From the human T2T-CHM13v2.0 reference genome, Homo sapiens: a DNA stretch of 64,000 nucleotides. The notes beneath the pieces are model-generated. The model made no database searches. It was not told where the DNA came from and saw nothing but the letters and a program-made list of their open reading frames with translations. The stretch is from NCBI RefSeq assembly GCF_009914755.1, contig NC_060940.1. The stretch is one strand, 5' to 3'. The position numbers and the translations under genes were made by a program. The first letter of the stretch is position 1. The number at the start of each line of letters is the position of its first letter. Shown piece after piece: positions 49,860 through 64,000 of this stretch.

Positions 49860-49937
49860 CTAGAGAGGGAAACAAGAGTGGTCAGTGCCATTCCACAGCT
49901 GGGCCAGGTCGAGCCAGCGCCGCGCACGTGCCCTTAC

Positions 49938-50078
49938 GTCTGTCATTCTCCTCAGCGCTGTCGGAGCTCTCTTCCCGGGCCTGTACCCCCATGGGGCTGG
50001 AGGAGGAGCTGGAGTACTCCGAGGAACTGCCTTCCCGGGGCAGCTGGTGATGGGGCTGCTCCACTTCCACCCGCAGCT
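49938..50078 (-). CDS. ZCCHC14: ZCCHC14 exon (141 nt)
   Basis: ctgcAG|AGCTGC...; (E)LRVEVEQPHHQLPREGSSSEYSSSSSSPMGVQAREESSDSAEENDR(R); donor GAC|GTAAGG; followed by a 78-nt intron. Confidence 0.93.
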
Positions 50079-50960
50079 CTGCAGAAAAGGGACAGAGGAG
50101 CAGCCATCAACTAGCGCCCCTGCAGGCTCAGCCCGCCCCGTGCCCCTGCATCGCACTGTCGGCAGGTGCTCCTTCCAGGGAAACGCAGGGCTCTGAGAGT
50201 CAGAAAACGAACACGCCGGCCCAGGCCGCACGGTGACGGATGCAGCAGAGATTCAAATGGCAGCGATGCTCAACACCCGCTCAGCCAGGGCCCTGCCGGC
50301 CCCCACCATCAACCCCAGAACAATGCCCTGTGAAGGGCACCCCCAGCGCACCCCCAGGAACTATCACAACACTACACCGCACCCCATCTCACGAGGCCGG
50401 CCGAGTCACGGAGATCTTTTCAGTCAAATCACCACTTAAAATCCATCCTGCCAGGTTTTTTTTTTTCCCTCCTGAGCTACTGCTCCTCCGATTTCTATTG
50501 TGAAGAAAACCCGGCTCCTCTTGTGAGACAACGGAGCAAGCGCGCCAGGTGTCCCGCCCTTTCTGAGAGGGGAGGATGAAAACCAAATCGCTGAGACTGA
50601 GGGTCCCCCAAAGCAGGAAGGTCCATGGAGAACCATGTCACTGATGGGTCAACATTAAAGGCACTGACTTAAAACGTGGCCTCTGGGCACCAGTCCTGGG
50701 GTGGGGGGTGGGCGCAGGCTACTCCCATCTCATTTCTGCTCACCCCCACGCGCTCGCTCTCACTGTGGCAGTTTCTGGACCTGATCATTTTGCCCAAGCA
50801 ACTTCAGGGAGGTGACTGCCCTCTAGCTCCTAAGCCAACTGTCCCTTCGATTTTCTTATGGCAGAGACTATAATAGTTAATGGAAAATGAGTATAAAGAT
50901 TTAAAAATGTAAAAATCAAATAGGTGTGATTTGAAATCTAATGATCAAACAGAACACAAG

Positions 50961-51328
50961 GCCCTCTCTGTGTCTGCGTAACCGACCTGCCCGGCACACC
51001 GGCCCTCTCTGTGTACGAGTAACCCACCTGCCCGGCACACGGGCCCTCTCTGTGTACGAGTAACCCACCTGCCCGGCACACGGGCCCTCTCTGTGTACGA
51101 GTAACCCACCTGCCCGGCACACCGGCCCTCTCTGTGTACGAGTAACCCACCTGCCCGGCACACGGGCCCTCTCTGTGTATGAGTAACCCATCTGCCCGAC
51201 ACACGGGCCCTCTCTGTGTATGAGTAACCCATCTGCCCGACACACGGGCCCTCTCTGTGTATGAGTAACCCATCTGCCCGACACACGGGCCCTCTCTGTG
51301 TATGAGTAACCCATCTGCCCGACACACC
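50961..51328. repeat. 41-bp minisatellite (VNTR), ~9 copies, in ZCCHC14 intron
   Basis: Units GCCCTCTCTGTGTA[C/T]GAGTAACCCA[C/T]CTGCCCG[G/A]CACAC[C/G]G start at 50961, 51002, 51043, 51084, 51125, 51166, 51207, 51248, 51289. Confidence 0.97.
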
Positions 51329-51337
51329 CTTGTTCAC

Positions 51338-51465
51338 CTGCTGCATGGCTGCCCCGCCCCGACTGCACGGGCCCGACGTGGCTGGTGGGGGGCACTCGAG
51401 CCACACCACTGCTGGTGACCAGCGGCGGGGCCGAGGGGTTCAGGCACCGTCTCTCTGACTTCTCC
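51338..51465 (-). CDS. ZCCHC14: ZCCHC14 exon (128 nt)
   Basis: ttcacAG|GGAGAAG; (K)EKSERRCLNPSAPPLVTSSGVARVPPTSHVGPVQSGRGSHAA; donor CAG|GTGAAC; phases match neighbours. Confidence 0.92.
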
Positions 51466-51809
51466 CTGTGAAATAATCAAGCACAGGAACAAGTGAGCAC
51501 TGCCTACTGGTGCTGCCTCACATGCGGCTTCAAGACGGGTCTACTCCACACCACAGGGCGGCTTTGATACAGGGCGACTTCGAGATGGGTCTACTCCACA
51601 CCACAGGGAAATTCCCCCCAGAGCATTAAGGCAAGGAACTCATTCTGATTGGTCAAATTTACTATAAAGGTCCTTTCCTGTCAAACCTAAGACACATTTG
51701 TAGAACTTTAAAAGCATGACTAGGCCAGGCGCGGTGGCTCAGGCCTGTAATCCCAGCACTTTGGGAGGCCCAGGCGGGCAGATCGCCTGAGGTCCAGAGT
51801 TTGAGATCA

Positions 51810-52073
<264 letters not shown>

Positions 52074-52199
52074 CTAAGGACTGGATAAGCAACAGGAACT
52101 AATCCAATCACTAGTATTTAGCACTGGAAGCCTCAGCACTCCATTCGGCACACGAGAAATGGAAATAAACACAGGTTTCAAAACCCACTTCACACTCAC

Positions 52200-52291
52200 T
52201 TTTCCAGCTCCAGCTGGGTCTTGAGCTTCTTCTTTGCCCCCATGGTAAGAGACTCAAATTTATTCAGATCTTCTTCAGTAAGGCTCAAAAA
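52200..52291 (-). CDS. ZCCHC14: ZCCHC14 exon (92 nt; second half of SAM domain)
   Basis: FLSLTEEDLNKFESLTMGAKKKLKTQLELE(K); donor AAA|GTGAGT. Confidence 0.95.
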
Positions 52292-54383
52292 CTTTCACAG
52301 AAAAAACAAATTACAAAGTTACGGAGACATAAGTAGGACTCTGAGAACAAAGAACTTGGAGTTGAATTCAGTACATTTATTCTGCCTCTGGGATATGCAA
52401 ACAGATCCAGCTGAACTCAGCAATTACAAGCTGGGAAATCCTAGACCCTTTACTTGCTAAATGACTTGGTGTCAACGGTTCAACTCCGAGACGCAGTTCT
52501 GAGCAAGAGTGTCCCCGGCTCCTCCAGGGCACCTTCTGTGCAGGCTGTGTGGATGGGTGCACCACCTCACAGGCTGGCGGCTCTGCCAAAGGTGCCCACT
52601 TGCCCTCTGCTCTGTGAGTAAATACCAGCAGGTACATGCTTTGGGGCAGGTGACTAAAGAAAACGTCTTGCATAAGTCACAGTTTGAATCACCGTGGAGA
52701 TGCAAGTTATGATAGCGTGCCACCCCCACCCTCCCCAGGACGGCCCCATCACAGTGCCATCCCTTCAGAACTCATCACCCTCTGCGGGATGGTCGTCTTT
52801 TTCTTCCTTTTTTTGAGACAAAAATCTCGCTCTTATTTTGTTTTTGTTTGTTTGTTTTTTTGTTTTTTGAGACGGAGTTTCACTCTGTCACCTAGGCTGG
52901 AGTGCAGTGGTGCGATCTCGGCTCACTGCAACCTCCACCTCCCGGGTTCAAGTAATTCTCTGCCTCAGCCTCCCGAGTAGCTGGGATTACAGGCACCCAC
53001 CACCATGCCCAGCTAATTTTTGTATTTTTAGTAGAGACGGGGTTTCACCATCTTGGCCAGGCTGGTCTTCAACTCCTGACCTCAGATGATCCACCTGCCT
53101 CGGCCTCCCAAAGTGCTGGGATTACAGGCGTGAGCCACCGCACCTGGCCAGGGATGACAGCAACTTTGTCAGGTAGCAAGTGATGCAGAAAAGCAGATGC
53201 CATCCACGCTGAATGGTTGTGTGGCTACTCCATTGTGTAGGCTGGTGCTACGCAAACACACCAGCCTCTAATTTTCATGTTATTTCCTAACATGATTTGT
53301 GATTTAGGCCATCTCAATGCAAACGTAAGAATAAAACATTTAAAACTAATTATGAACAAGGTTAGTAAAATCTCTGCTTTTTAAGATTCACAAATCCTTG
53401 GCCAGGCGCGGTGGCTCATGCCTGTAATCCCAGCACTTTGGGAGACCGAGGTGGGCAGATCATGAGTCAGGAGTTCGAGACTAGCCTGGCCAACATAGGG
53501 AAACCCTGATTCTACTAAAAATACAAAATATTAGCCAGGTATGCTGGTGGGCACCTGTAATCCCAGCTATTCAGGAGGCTGAGGCAGGAGAATCGCTTGA
53601 ACCCGGGAGGCAGAGGTTGCAGGGAGCCGAGACCATACCATTGCACTCCAGCCCAGGTGGCAGTGCAAGACTCTCCATCTCAAAAAAAGAAAAAAACATT
53701 CACAAATCCTAAACAAAGGGTATTACAAATATACTTACAATTTGGATTTAACTATGTAGTAAAAGCTTGATTTCTAGGTTCAATTGTAGATTTTTCGAGA
53801 AATGAAATTTTTACATAGATAAAAGCCACCAAGCCGGTTTGCCCAGCAGAGGGAGTCCAGAGCTCAAATACCTTGTATGGGTTTAATCTAGTTTTATCAC
53901 TGACATCAAGACTTAAGAAATTTCTGAATTTTTTTAACAGTGAAAAAATGTTCCTCATAAGAATTCTCTAGGTACGACTGCTTGGAAGATGTAAAATGCA
54001 CCCATTCCTCTAGATCTGGCCCGCCGCAGTGTCTGCGCCAGCTACGCCGAGAAATGTCTAAAAGGGGCACCGTGCCAGAGCTCAGGATTTCTGTCCACAG
54101 CAGGGCTCTGGGGACGGACTGTCCCTCCCGTCACGCAGAGCATCTAGTTTGTGAAGGTCTTGAAGCCCCTAGACAAGCTGTTTGTTTACAACATGTCCTG
54201 TTTGTGGCTGGCTGCAGCTGCAGGCGGCCTCCGCAAAGCCCACCGTCTCCCTTAAGAACAGGCGCTGCGCCTCGGCCTCCGTACTTCATCCACCTTGTGT
54301 TGGTTTGGAAACTCAATGCCCCCAGGGAGGTCTTGAGTAAACAATCTAGCAATTCTGTACGGCCAGCCAGAAAACCGACATAC

Positions 54384-54666
54384 CTTCTCCATGGAGAGCT
54401 GCTTAAAGACGGGGTAATACTTGTGCAAACGCAGTTTCCTAAGCCAGTCTAGAATCCCATTCTGCTCCTGGGTCTGAGGGGTCTGCAGACTGGAAGGCAT
54501 GAGGATGGCAGGTGATGTGTCCATCTGGGTCCGGTAGGCCAGGGCTGAGCCCGCGCTGCCCGCATGGGAGCAGTGAGGCAAGGGGGCGGCGGAGCCGGCC
54601 GGGTGCTGCCCGTGGTGCTGGGCTCCGCTCTGCGAGGACGGGATACCAGCCACTCCACACACAGGC
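54384..54666 (-). CDS. ZCCHC14: ZCCHC14 exon (283 nt; start of Smaug-type SAM domain)
   Basis: (R)PVCGVAGIPSSQ...QEQNGILDWLRKLRLHKYYPVFKQLSMEK; WLRKLRLHKY is the Smaug/Vts1 SAM signature; donor AAG|GTATGT. Confidence 0.96.
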
Positions 54667-55770
54667 CTGTGGGACAGGGGCAGGAGGGACACAGAGAGAC
54701 TGTGGCTTCCACAACCACAGACTCCACCACAGACCTCACTTCCAGGCCTTTCTGTGCCAGCCTCTGCCTCTTGGCCGGCCCTGTTGTCACAGGCCACCCT
54801 GAACTGCCAACACTGCTGTGCTATGACTGCCCTCCCTCCCCAACCACCTTTCTGCAGCTAAGATTTCTGTAATGCATGTCTGTGCACACGTGTGCATACA
54901 GGCGGCTGTGCATATACACACACATGCCTCTGCCCGTGCTTCGGAGTATGCGTCTACTTGTGTGTACGTATGTGTATTATGTATGTGTACGTCTCTGTCC
55001 CCACCAGACTTCTGCTTTAGCTGCCAAGTTTCTGTTACTTGTATTTTTTAAAAACATGCTACTCCGATAGGTATTTCTGTTACTTCTAAGTCACAGAATG
55101 ACACTGATAAATCATACATCAAAATAGACTATTAAATCTTTAATGTTCAAATACAATTTTTCTAGAAAAGTAAAACGCAGAAGGCTGGAAGGTGTGACCG
55201 GCACTCCACTCTGGCCTTGCTCCTTAACTGCAAAGTCACACCTGCTGACTGGGCGCTTACCCTACCCCGACACCAGGAGGATGCCAGTCTACGCCTCGAA
55301 ACCTCGCGCCCAGACAACATCTCCACGAGACTCCCTATGGGGGTGCGTGTGCACTGATCTGTGACAGCCCACCTCACTGTCAGCAAAGATGGGAGCCTCT
55401 GTGTTGCCGGCATACGACTGCAGCTACCCAGGGCCCGTGCGGACAGAGGACGCTCCTCAGGAGCACGACCCTATGCTTCTGGGAGCAGGTTTCTCACAGC
55501 CAGATTCTCGGAAATTCTGACTTTCTACGTCTATGATGGGGCCCAGGACCTTGCACTGGGGAGGAGTCCCTGGGAATTCTGATTCCAGTGGCTTAGAGAA
55601 CTCTTTTTTTGGAAATCGTAAATTCAATCATCTCTACTCAATTCTTCTCAATATCATCCAAGACTCAACTTGAGCATGACTTAATTCTTGGAACAACTTT
55701 ACACAGAACTCAAAGTAAACATTGTAAAATGCTTATCTGAACTGTGCTGGTTACATAGAAGATTTCTCAC

Positions 55771-55825
55771 CTTCCAGACACGCCCATCACGGTACCTACT
55801 TTAGAAAGGGAGGGATTGCCAGGAC
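55771..55825 (-). CDS. ZCCHC14: ZCCHC14 exon (55 nt)
   Basis: ttatAG|GTCCTGGC; (S)PGNPSLSKVGTVMGVSG(R); donor AAG|GTGAGA; phase 1 to 2. Confidence 0.9.
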
Positions 55826-55852
55826 CTATAAATTTAAAAATAAATACCATAA

Positions 55853-56660
<808 letters not shown>

Positions 56661-56706
56661 TTTTTTTTTTTTTTAATTTATATTTAACCATATTTTACAA
56701 ACTCAC

Positions 56707-56801
56707 TTGGACTCTGAAGCTGCTGTGGGGGAGAGGAAGTGCTGAGAAACCTCCTGACATGGTCATTTTTCAACACGTGAGAAGGTAATGAGGCCAGGTA
56801 C
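56707..56801 (-). CDS. ZCCHC14: ZCCHC14 exon (95 nt)
   Basis: ccttttAG|GTACCTG; (R)YLASLPSHVLKNDHVRRFLSTSSPPQQLQSP; donor CAA|GTGAGT. Confidence 0.92.
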
Positions 56802-57530
56802 CTAAAAGGCAAACAAGTGGTCTTATCAACATTAAAATGGCATTCCTGCTGACGAATTGAAAGAAAAAAATTTAACTTTTAATCAAGAGAAATGTGTATT
56901 AGAGGAAAAAAGCCAGAAGTGCCAGAGCCTCATATTCTTCCTGCTTTAATTCAACTGAGTTCTTGCCCGACTGCCACTGCTTCTTCAAGCCCTTCCTCTC
57001 AATGCTGTATTCATGGCCACCAAGGTTGACGACAGCAGTCATGCCCTGTGACATGAGATCAGTGCCACCCACCAGCCAGAAAGGTGCTTGGACACTGGTC
57101 CCCAGGGCCCCGGCAGCAGCACATTTACGGAACTGGTCGGCCATGTTACTTCGTGTGCCACGTGAGCCAAGACACGATCGAGGGTCCAGAGAAACTGTTT
57201 AAGAGACGCCAATTTTATCTGGGAATAGTCTCAACCTTGGACTACAGGATGGAAACAGCAGCCCAGGATTATTTCACAGGACTGCCAAAGCCCAAGACGT
57301 GGTGGGACCCACCCTGGAATTCCCTTCCTCACACACTCAGAACCACTCTCAGCTTACTGAGGGCTCCCGAATCCTCCAGAACTAATGGAAATCCCTAGAG
57401 GCCAAGTAGAGACCCAGGTCCAGGTGACCGCGCATCCTCCCAGAGCTCCTTGGAGGACCACAGCATTGACCACAGGACCAGCCTGTCCTTGCCAGCTGTG
57501 GACGCGCCGGGTGCCTGGTAAGGGCCTCAC

Positions 57531-57640
57531 CTCAGGCCTGAGTCCAGATCCACGTGGTTTCGCTCCACATAAAATGCGTCCGGACCAGCTAAGCAAGGAA
57601 TGAGTTTCTCCAAGTTCTCTTCAGGATAGAGCTGACATAG
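57531..57640 (-). CDS. ZCCHC14: ZCCHC14 exon (110 nt)
   Basis: cttccAG|CTATGT; LCQLYPEENLEKLIPCLAGPDAFYVERNHVDLDSGL(R); donor GAG|GTGAGG. Confidence 0.93.
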
Positions 57641-58829
57641 CTGGAAGAGAGGACAAGGTAGAGGAGGTGTGTCCAGACCCATCCAACACCAGCAGAATTC
57701 TGCTACTGCAGGAAAACCTGGGGCAGGTGCTCCATGGTGCCGCCTGCTGGTCTGATATGATTTACACCTCCCGTCAGAGCTATTCTGGGGCCCACATCCA
57801 CTTAGGGTGTAGAAAGTCACAAAAGAACATCGCTCTCACAGTTACATCCGGAAAAGCTTGACAATCTGCACAATCACAATGTTCCTTGAGCCCATCTGAG
57901 AGTTGCTGGGCCACTAAGTCAACTTAATTTCAAACGGGACCTGCTCCCATGACAAGCCAGGGCACAAGGCCCTGGTGGCTGCCACACCAGCAGGTCTGGA
58001 GAGACAGGTTCCGATGGACACACTGCCACAGGCTGACGTGGCCAACAGAAATGCCGGAGCCCCAGGCGGGGCAAGTGGGCCCTTCTTTCCAAGTTCCTTT
58101 CCGCAGGAGGAGCCAGAGAGAGCCCCATCGGTGGCACCTGGGGACCGGGCACCAGGCCTAGTGCAATTCCCGGGACCACTCTCTGGATCTGAGGAAAAGC
58201 CCTTAAGACGTTGCAGGAGGGACAAAAATTGCTCCTGGCCCCAGAGCCCAAACCAAAGGCCCGGTTTTTAGGAGTGGGGCAGGGACAATACTTCCCTTCC
58301 TCTGCCACCAGTCACAAGAAGACCCGCTGCTCCTGGAAGAAGGGGAAAAGCAAAAGCGCTCTGGTGCTGGAGGAGGTCAGCTCCTGCCGGGGAGGGCAAG
58401 GCACTGAGGAAGTGCCACCCCGAAGCCCAGGCACACAGGCCTGCCCAGGATCAGGCTGGGCTGCAAGAGTGAAGGCCCTTGCCCCCACAAGCCCAGCACC
58501 AGGTCGCAAACAAGCAGCAGCGGTCTACCCCCGAAAAGGGGCCGAGAGGGTAGAGAGTGCCCTGCTGTGTGCCACAGGCCTGCAGGGACGGCTGAAAGCT
58601 GGGAGTGAAGCAAAACGGCGGAGAAGACCCTCCAGACTCAGGCAGCAGCTGCCTTCACTGGAGAGGCCCTGAGGGTAACAGAGGCAGCAAGAGAGCCCAG
58701 TGCCAGCTTCATCCTGCCCAGATGGCCTCCAGGACCCCACTAAGGGCCCTGGCAGAAGAGGTGTTGACCCTTTCCAGGCATAAATCTCGCTCTCCTCCGG
58801 CTCCACGGTCATCTAAACATGTCTGACAT

Positions 58830-59365
58830 TCAGTCAACATTTGCAAGACATACCAAAAAAAAAAGGAATAAAGGGGGAAAAAACTATTGTCAAGAGATAA
58901 AGCAATCATTAGAACCAGATTCAGAAATAACTCAGATGTGGGACCTAGTGACAGGGACTTTAAACAGCTATGATGGATGTACTAAAGGACCTAGTGAAAA
59001 CGACAATATGCACAAACAAGCGGGAACTTTCATGAACACGTTTCAGCAGAGAGATGGAAACTTCATGAACACGTCAAATGGAAAACCTAGGGGCAAAAAC
59101 ACAAAAGAAACCCCTGGCAGCAGAAATGAGGACTTGAGTACATGGACAGGCTCCACAGCAGCCTGGGCAGAACTGAGGGGATCGGCTGGTGTGGAAACGG
59201 GCACAGGAACCACCCAGACGTACACACAGAGAAATGCACAAGCATGGGAGAGCCGTGGGGCGGCAGCACCAGGGGTCTGAGGCTCGTGCCGCCAGAGTCC
59301 AGGAGAGGGGAGGATGCGGCAGAAGAAATGCTTGAGGAGAAAATGGATAAGAATTTTCCAAAATT
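58830..59365 (+). mobile_element. Ancient L1 ORF1-region fragment
   Basis: A-rich, AGAACCAGATTCAGA...CAGATG, TTCAGCAGAGAGATGGAAAC, GAATTTTCCAAAATT typical of degenerate L1M 5' regions. Confidence 0.55.
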
Positions 59366-59439
59366 AGGCCAGGTGCAGTGGCTCACACCTGTAATACCAG
59401 TACTCTGGGAGGCCGAGGAGGACAGATCACCTGAGGTCA

Positions 59440-59790
<351 letters not shown>

Positions 59791-60733
59791 TTAGTATTTT
59801 AAACACTACAGAGGGAAAAGCAGATTCCCGGGGGGGGGTGTGTGTTACCCTCGAAGGCGTGGCACTGTCGTGTTCTTCAATGCCCAAGAGGCCAAAAAGA
59901 TAAGTGTAATCAGACATCGTCCTCACTCCATGTTCTCCTGCAGGATGAGGCCTTGGCTTTATAATGAAAAGTAAGGCTCTCTTTGGAGACATTTACATAT
60001 GTTATCCCATTCACAAAGCTGACTGCCTGAGAGGCATCACTTTGGCTGAGACAGTCGTTCACGCTACAGCACAGGCCAGTGGGCCCTAAACACGTGTGCA
60101 GTTACAACTGTGTGTACACATGCACACGGAGGCAAAGAGGCATTTATTTAGTAGTGGAACTTTCTGTTCAATGGTATCTGCTGAACCAGATATTTGTAAA
60201 GATAAACGTGGGAGGACCACTTGAGCACCAGGAGGTCAAGGCTGCAGTGAGCTGTGATGATGGTACCACCACAACCCAGCCTGGGCGAGAGCAAGATCCA
60301 GTCTCTTAAAAAAATAATAATAAAATAAATAAATAAATAAAAACAGATAAAGGTAGAACTAGGTGAAGTCTCTACCCACTCAGCCACCTGAGCATGCCTC
60401 TCTCCCCCAGCCTTTGCCAAGGAAACCTGGGGGACTGAAAAGTAACAAAAGAAACCAAATGTCCTCATCAGTCGCTCATGCCCGGCGCATCTCTCAGCCT
60501 CATCTCAGTCTCAACAAGTGAAGGAGGCATCCGCGGGGTCACGGACCTGTGCTCGCAGCAACGCTCATGTCAGCAGCGGGCCTGGGACTCCACTGTGGCT
60601 GGGCAGGAGGCCCCGCCCTGCGCACGCTCACTCGCTAGCTGAAGGGAGTGGCCTCTGAAATTACTCCGTGGTATCATCAGCCACTGGGGAATGTGATTCT
60701 TTTAATTTTTATAAGAGCCCTTGATTACCTTAC

Positions 60734-60805
60734 CTTTGAAATAAATTCCGTCACTTCAGAGGAAGATTTGGTTACTGATGTTATTGAAGAATCAGACCAC
60801 AAGAC
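60734..60805 (-). CDS. ZCCHC14: ZCCHC14 exon (72 nt), most 5' exon seen in the window
   Basis: gtttttaAG|GTCTTG; VLWSDSSITSVTKSSSEVTEFISK; donor AAG|GTAAGG; phase 0/0. Confidence 0.9.
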
Positions 60806-62202
60806 CTTAAAAACAAACAAACAAACAAACCTTAGAAACAGACACCACATACTTGGTTCCCAGCACGTGTCCTGGTACGACTGGGGCACACGTTCAGTCG
60901 GCAGCTGAGCCCAGTGGGCCGTGCACCTGCTGTGGGAAGCACCTAAGCATCCCTTGACTTGTTACAGAAAGAAGAGTCACATAGCTCCAGGCCCTCTAAA
61001 GTCTAACTTGTTTTATGCAATTATTCAGATATCACCAAATTACTCCAGAGTGGGGTCTACAGCTGCCTCCTGTAAGTTCTAGAAAATCCCTGACAATTGC
61101 TTGTGTGTGCCCTGTTCAACTTCCTCAGGGGACCTCCTCTTCTTAAGTGAGCCTATGTGCCTCAGATGCAAGAGCGACACATTCCCAGAGAGCAGCCCTT
61201 CGACCACCGGTAAGGGCCCGTGGTGCGCCCGCCCAGGTGCTGTGGGCACACAGTGAGCCCAGGCCCTGCTCTCAGGACACTGCAGAGCTGTGGGGACAGT
61301 GTGAGTCCATTGATAGCAACAGGACAGGGCAGTGATCACTAGGGCAGCAGTGATCACTGCTGGGGAAGAGCAGTGAAAAGGGCTTTCTGGAGGAGATTCT
61401 GCAACGTCTGGTGTGCCCAGCCCTTGTGAGCATCAGCTTTCCTTCCCAGCATGCAGCAGCGGGCGGTGTCACTGCATGGCTCCACGGAGGTCCATCTCCC
61501 CACATGCACGCTAAGCTCCAGGGGGGAAGGGGCGGTGTCTTTTTGCTCAGCTCTCCCCTGGCTATCACAATGCTCGTCACATGAGGTGCTAAACAAAGCT
61601 GACTGAGGGGGAAGGAGAGCGTACTTTTTGCACATTAGAGGGAGTTTCTGCATGGAGAAGAGCTTGGGTTGACTTCTGAAAGGCAAATAAGAAGTTAGCT
61701 ACAGGATTGAGATGGACAGAGGGGATGGCCTGAAATGACAGGGAGGAGGCCAGGTCAGGAAGGGACAAGCACCAAATGCAAATTGCACTCAAGTCCACAA
61801 GAAGCTGGGGGATTTCAAGTCGGCAAATAAAATGACCAAATACATTATGCAAAAGAAAACGCTGTATTAACACTGATTTAGAGCAAAGAGAGCTCACAGG
61901 CACCCAAACCACCTCTGCTCCCTCACCCACACCCACACCCACATCCATGGGCCTGCAGTCTAGTCCCCGAGGTGTCCACCCTCCTGCCTGCTGAAACTGA
62001 GGCCAGTCTCGTCACATCACGTAGCGTCACTCCTGGGTCTGTTTCATCACGCCCTCATAATACACAGGCCAGTCGAGGAAAGGGCCACCTCTTCTTCACC
62101 AGAACCCCAGTGCCTACCAGAATTCATCAAGGCAAGCAGCAGCGTCCCTGGAACTAACGGCTGCAAGGCGTGCACCTTGCCACCCAGAATCTTCCACACC
62201 TA

Positions 62203-62570
<368 letters not shown>

Positions 62571-64000
62571 TTAAAATCTCTCAACACCAAAAATCTTGGG
62601 GAGAGGTTCCTAAGCTGCTCCCCACACAGAACTCCAAGAACACCACCACCAACAGACACAAACCCCTGCCGTGAAGATGGCTGTCCCCCGCGCTGCTGAC
62701 AGCGTGTCTCTTTCAAGGTAAAGCGTGTCATAGAAAACGTCTCCTCTGCACAGCTCTCACACCTGCCTCTAGGCTGTATCTTTCCTACTGCGCCCTAACC
62801 CAGGGAAGATGTGAAATCCACCACCCCAGCGATTAAACATGGTATGGACAGATCATCTTATGTTGAAACAGACAATCTGCTTTTCCAACAGTTATGCACT
62901 TTAATTACACAGGACTCTTCTACTTTGTGTTCGGATACATTTTTCTCTGACTTGCAGGTGCAGCTCACATTCCTCCCTAAGGCTATCAGAAAGTGAGCAC
63001 TGGAAACAGAGACCGCACAGTCAGGCGGAGACCAGCCCATGTCGCTCGCTCTGCAGGTGATGCTGGCTGATGGCTAAGCTGCAGCAGCCACGATCCAGAC
63101 CCAGCCAAGCCCTCTACCTCACCTGCCGACTTGCCCCAGAGAGCCAGAAGGGGAACCGGCCGTTAGAGGGGCATGGGGGCGGGAAGAGCATCCTCTTGTC
63201 ATACCTGCCTGACCCGTACTATGGGGACACGTGTCCAACCATACTCACAAGCATCCACAACCAGCTACCCCATTACTTTACATTTCACCAAGAAAAAGTG
63301 TTGCCAATTAGATTCTGGCACAGCATCTTCTATCACGTCCCTGAAAAGCTACTTAGCCTTATCTGGACGAATTGTAATGCATCTTCATCACACCCCAAAG
63401 CCCAATGTGCACACAGCCCGTGCATGCTCAGGATGTCCTCACACGCAGGGTCTAGTTCCTCCGGCTCACTGTGGACTGGCTCTGAACATCAGTGTTTTTC
63501 CACACAGCCTCCCCCTCCAGAGCCACTGGAGCCATGCGGCCTCATTCTGCACAAGAAAAGGCTCAGCCAGGCACCTCTGGGGGCAGGGCTCAGCCACACC
63601 CCTAAGGGGACAGGCAGCCCAGGATCCCCCAGACCTTTGGAGACCCCTGAGGAGAGCCAAGGCCCAGCACAGAGACAGGCAAAGCCAGCAAGGAGAACAC
63701 AGCAGCCAAGGGAAAGCGTGGACTCTAAGAAAACTAAAAAATTTTCATCAATATTCTTACTAAGCTAAGAGAAGAAGGCATATCCGAGAACAGGATGCTA
63801 TGAAAAAACAACTGTCAGAGCCCAAGAGTTCTCTGAAATGAAAACCAGGCCAGTAGGAATGAAACGCTCAACTAAAGGCAGGAAGACGAGGCAGCCGTCC
63901 ACAGAGCAGAGCAAAAACCCGACGGGACGCGGGCTCGCGTGCACGCCAGAGGAGCTCCAGCCAACAGGGGAAGATGTGGGGGAAGGAGCAGCTTTCTAAG

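Noticed and set aside
49860-49937. 78-nt intron (multiple of 3) as an in-frame retained exitron
   Set aside because: Contains an in-frame TGA (ORF ends at 49882), so retention truncates the protein.
50961-51328. Repeat array as CRISPR-like or as a separate repeat-protein gene
   Set aside because: No unique spacers, eukaryotic intron; it is a head-to-tail minisatellite.
63070-63768. 232-aa and 196-aa plus-strand ORFs in ZCCHC14 intron
   Set aside because: No domain similarity or promoter context; run into degenerate L1-like sequence.

Overview
Human (primate) genomic DNA, very Alu-rich, recognisable as the 16q24 FBXO31 / tRNA-Met / MAP1LC3B / ZCCHC14 locus. Left third: intron 1 and coding exon 1 (F-box) of FBXO31 on the minus strand, with an elongator tRNA-Met(CAT) gene under 300 bp upstream of its ATG in a CpG island. 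Middle: the complete 4-exon MAP1LC3B (LC3B, 125 aa) gene on the plus strand, starting in a second CpG island. Right third: the last ten exons (SAM domain, low-complexity region, CCHC knuckle) and ~4 kb 3'UTR of ZCCHC14 on the minus strand, convergent with MAP1LC3B. All 15 coding exons were placed by GT-AG boundaries, and consecutive exons are phase-consistent. This is a well-studied locus and I see no new protein-coding system. The best leads are RNA-level: a 'mirror exon' with splice signals on both strands between the two CpG islands, a 41-bp intronic VNTR whose distal units carry cryptic 5' splice sites, the tRNA gene inside the FBXO31 promoter, and several 3'UTR/splicing features of LC3B and ZCCHC14. 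Repeat family names come from remembered consensus sequences and need RepeatMasker/Dfam confirmation.
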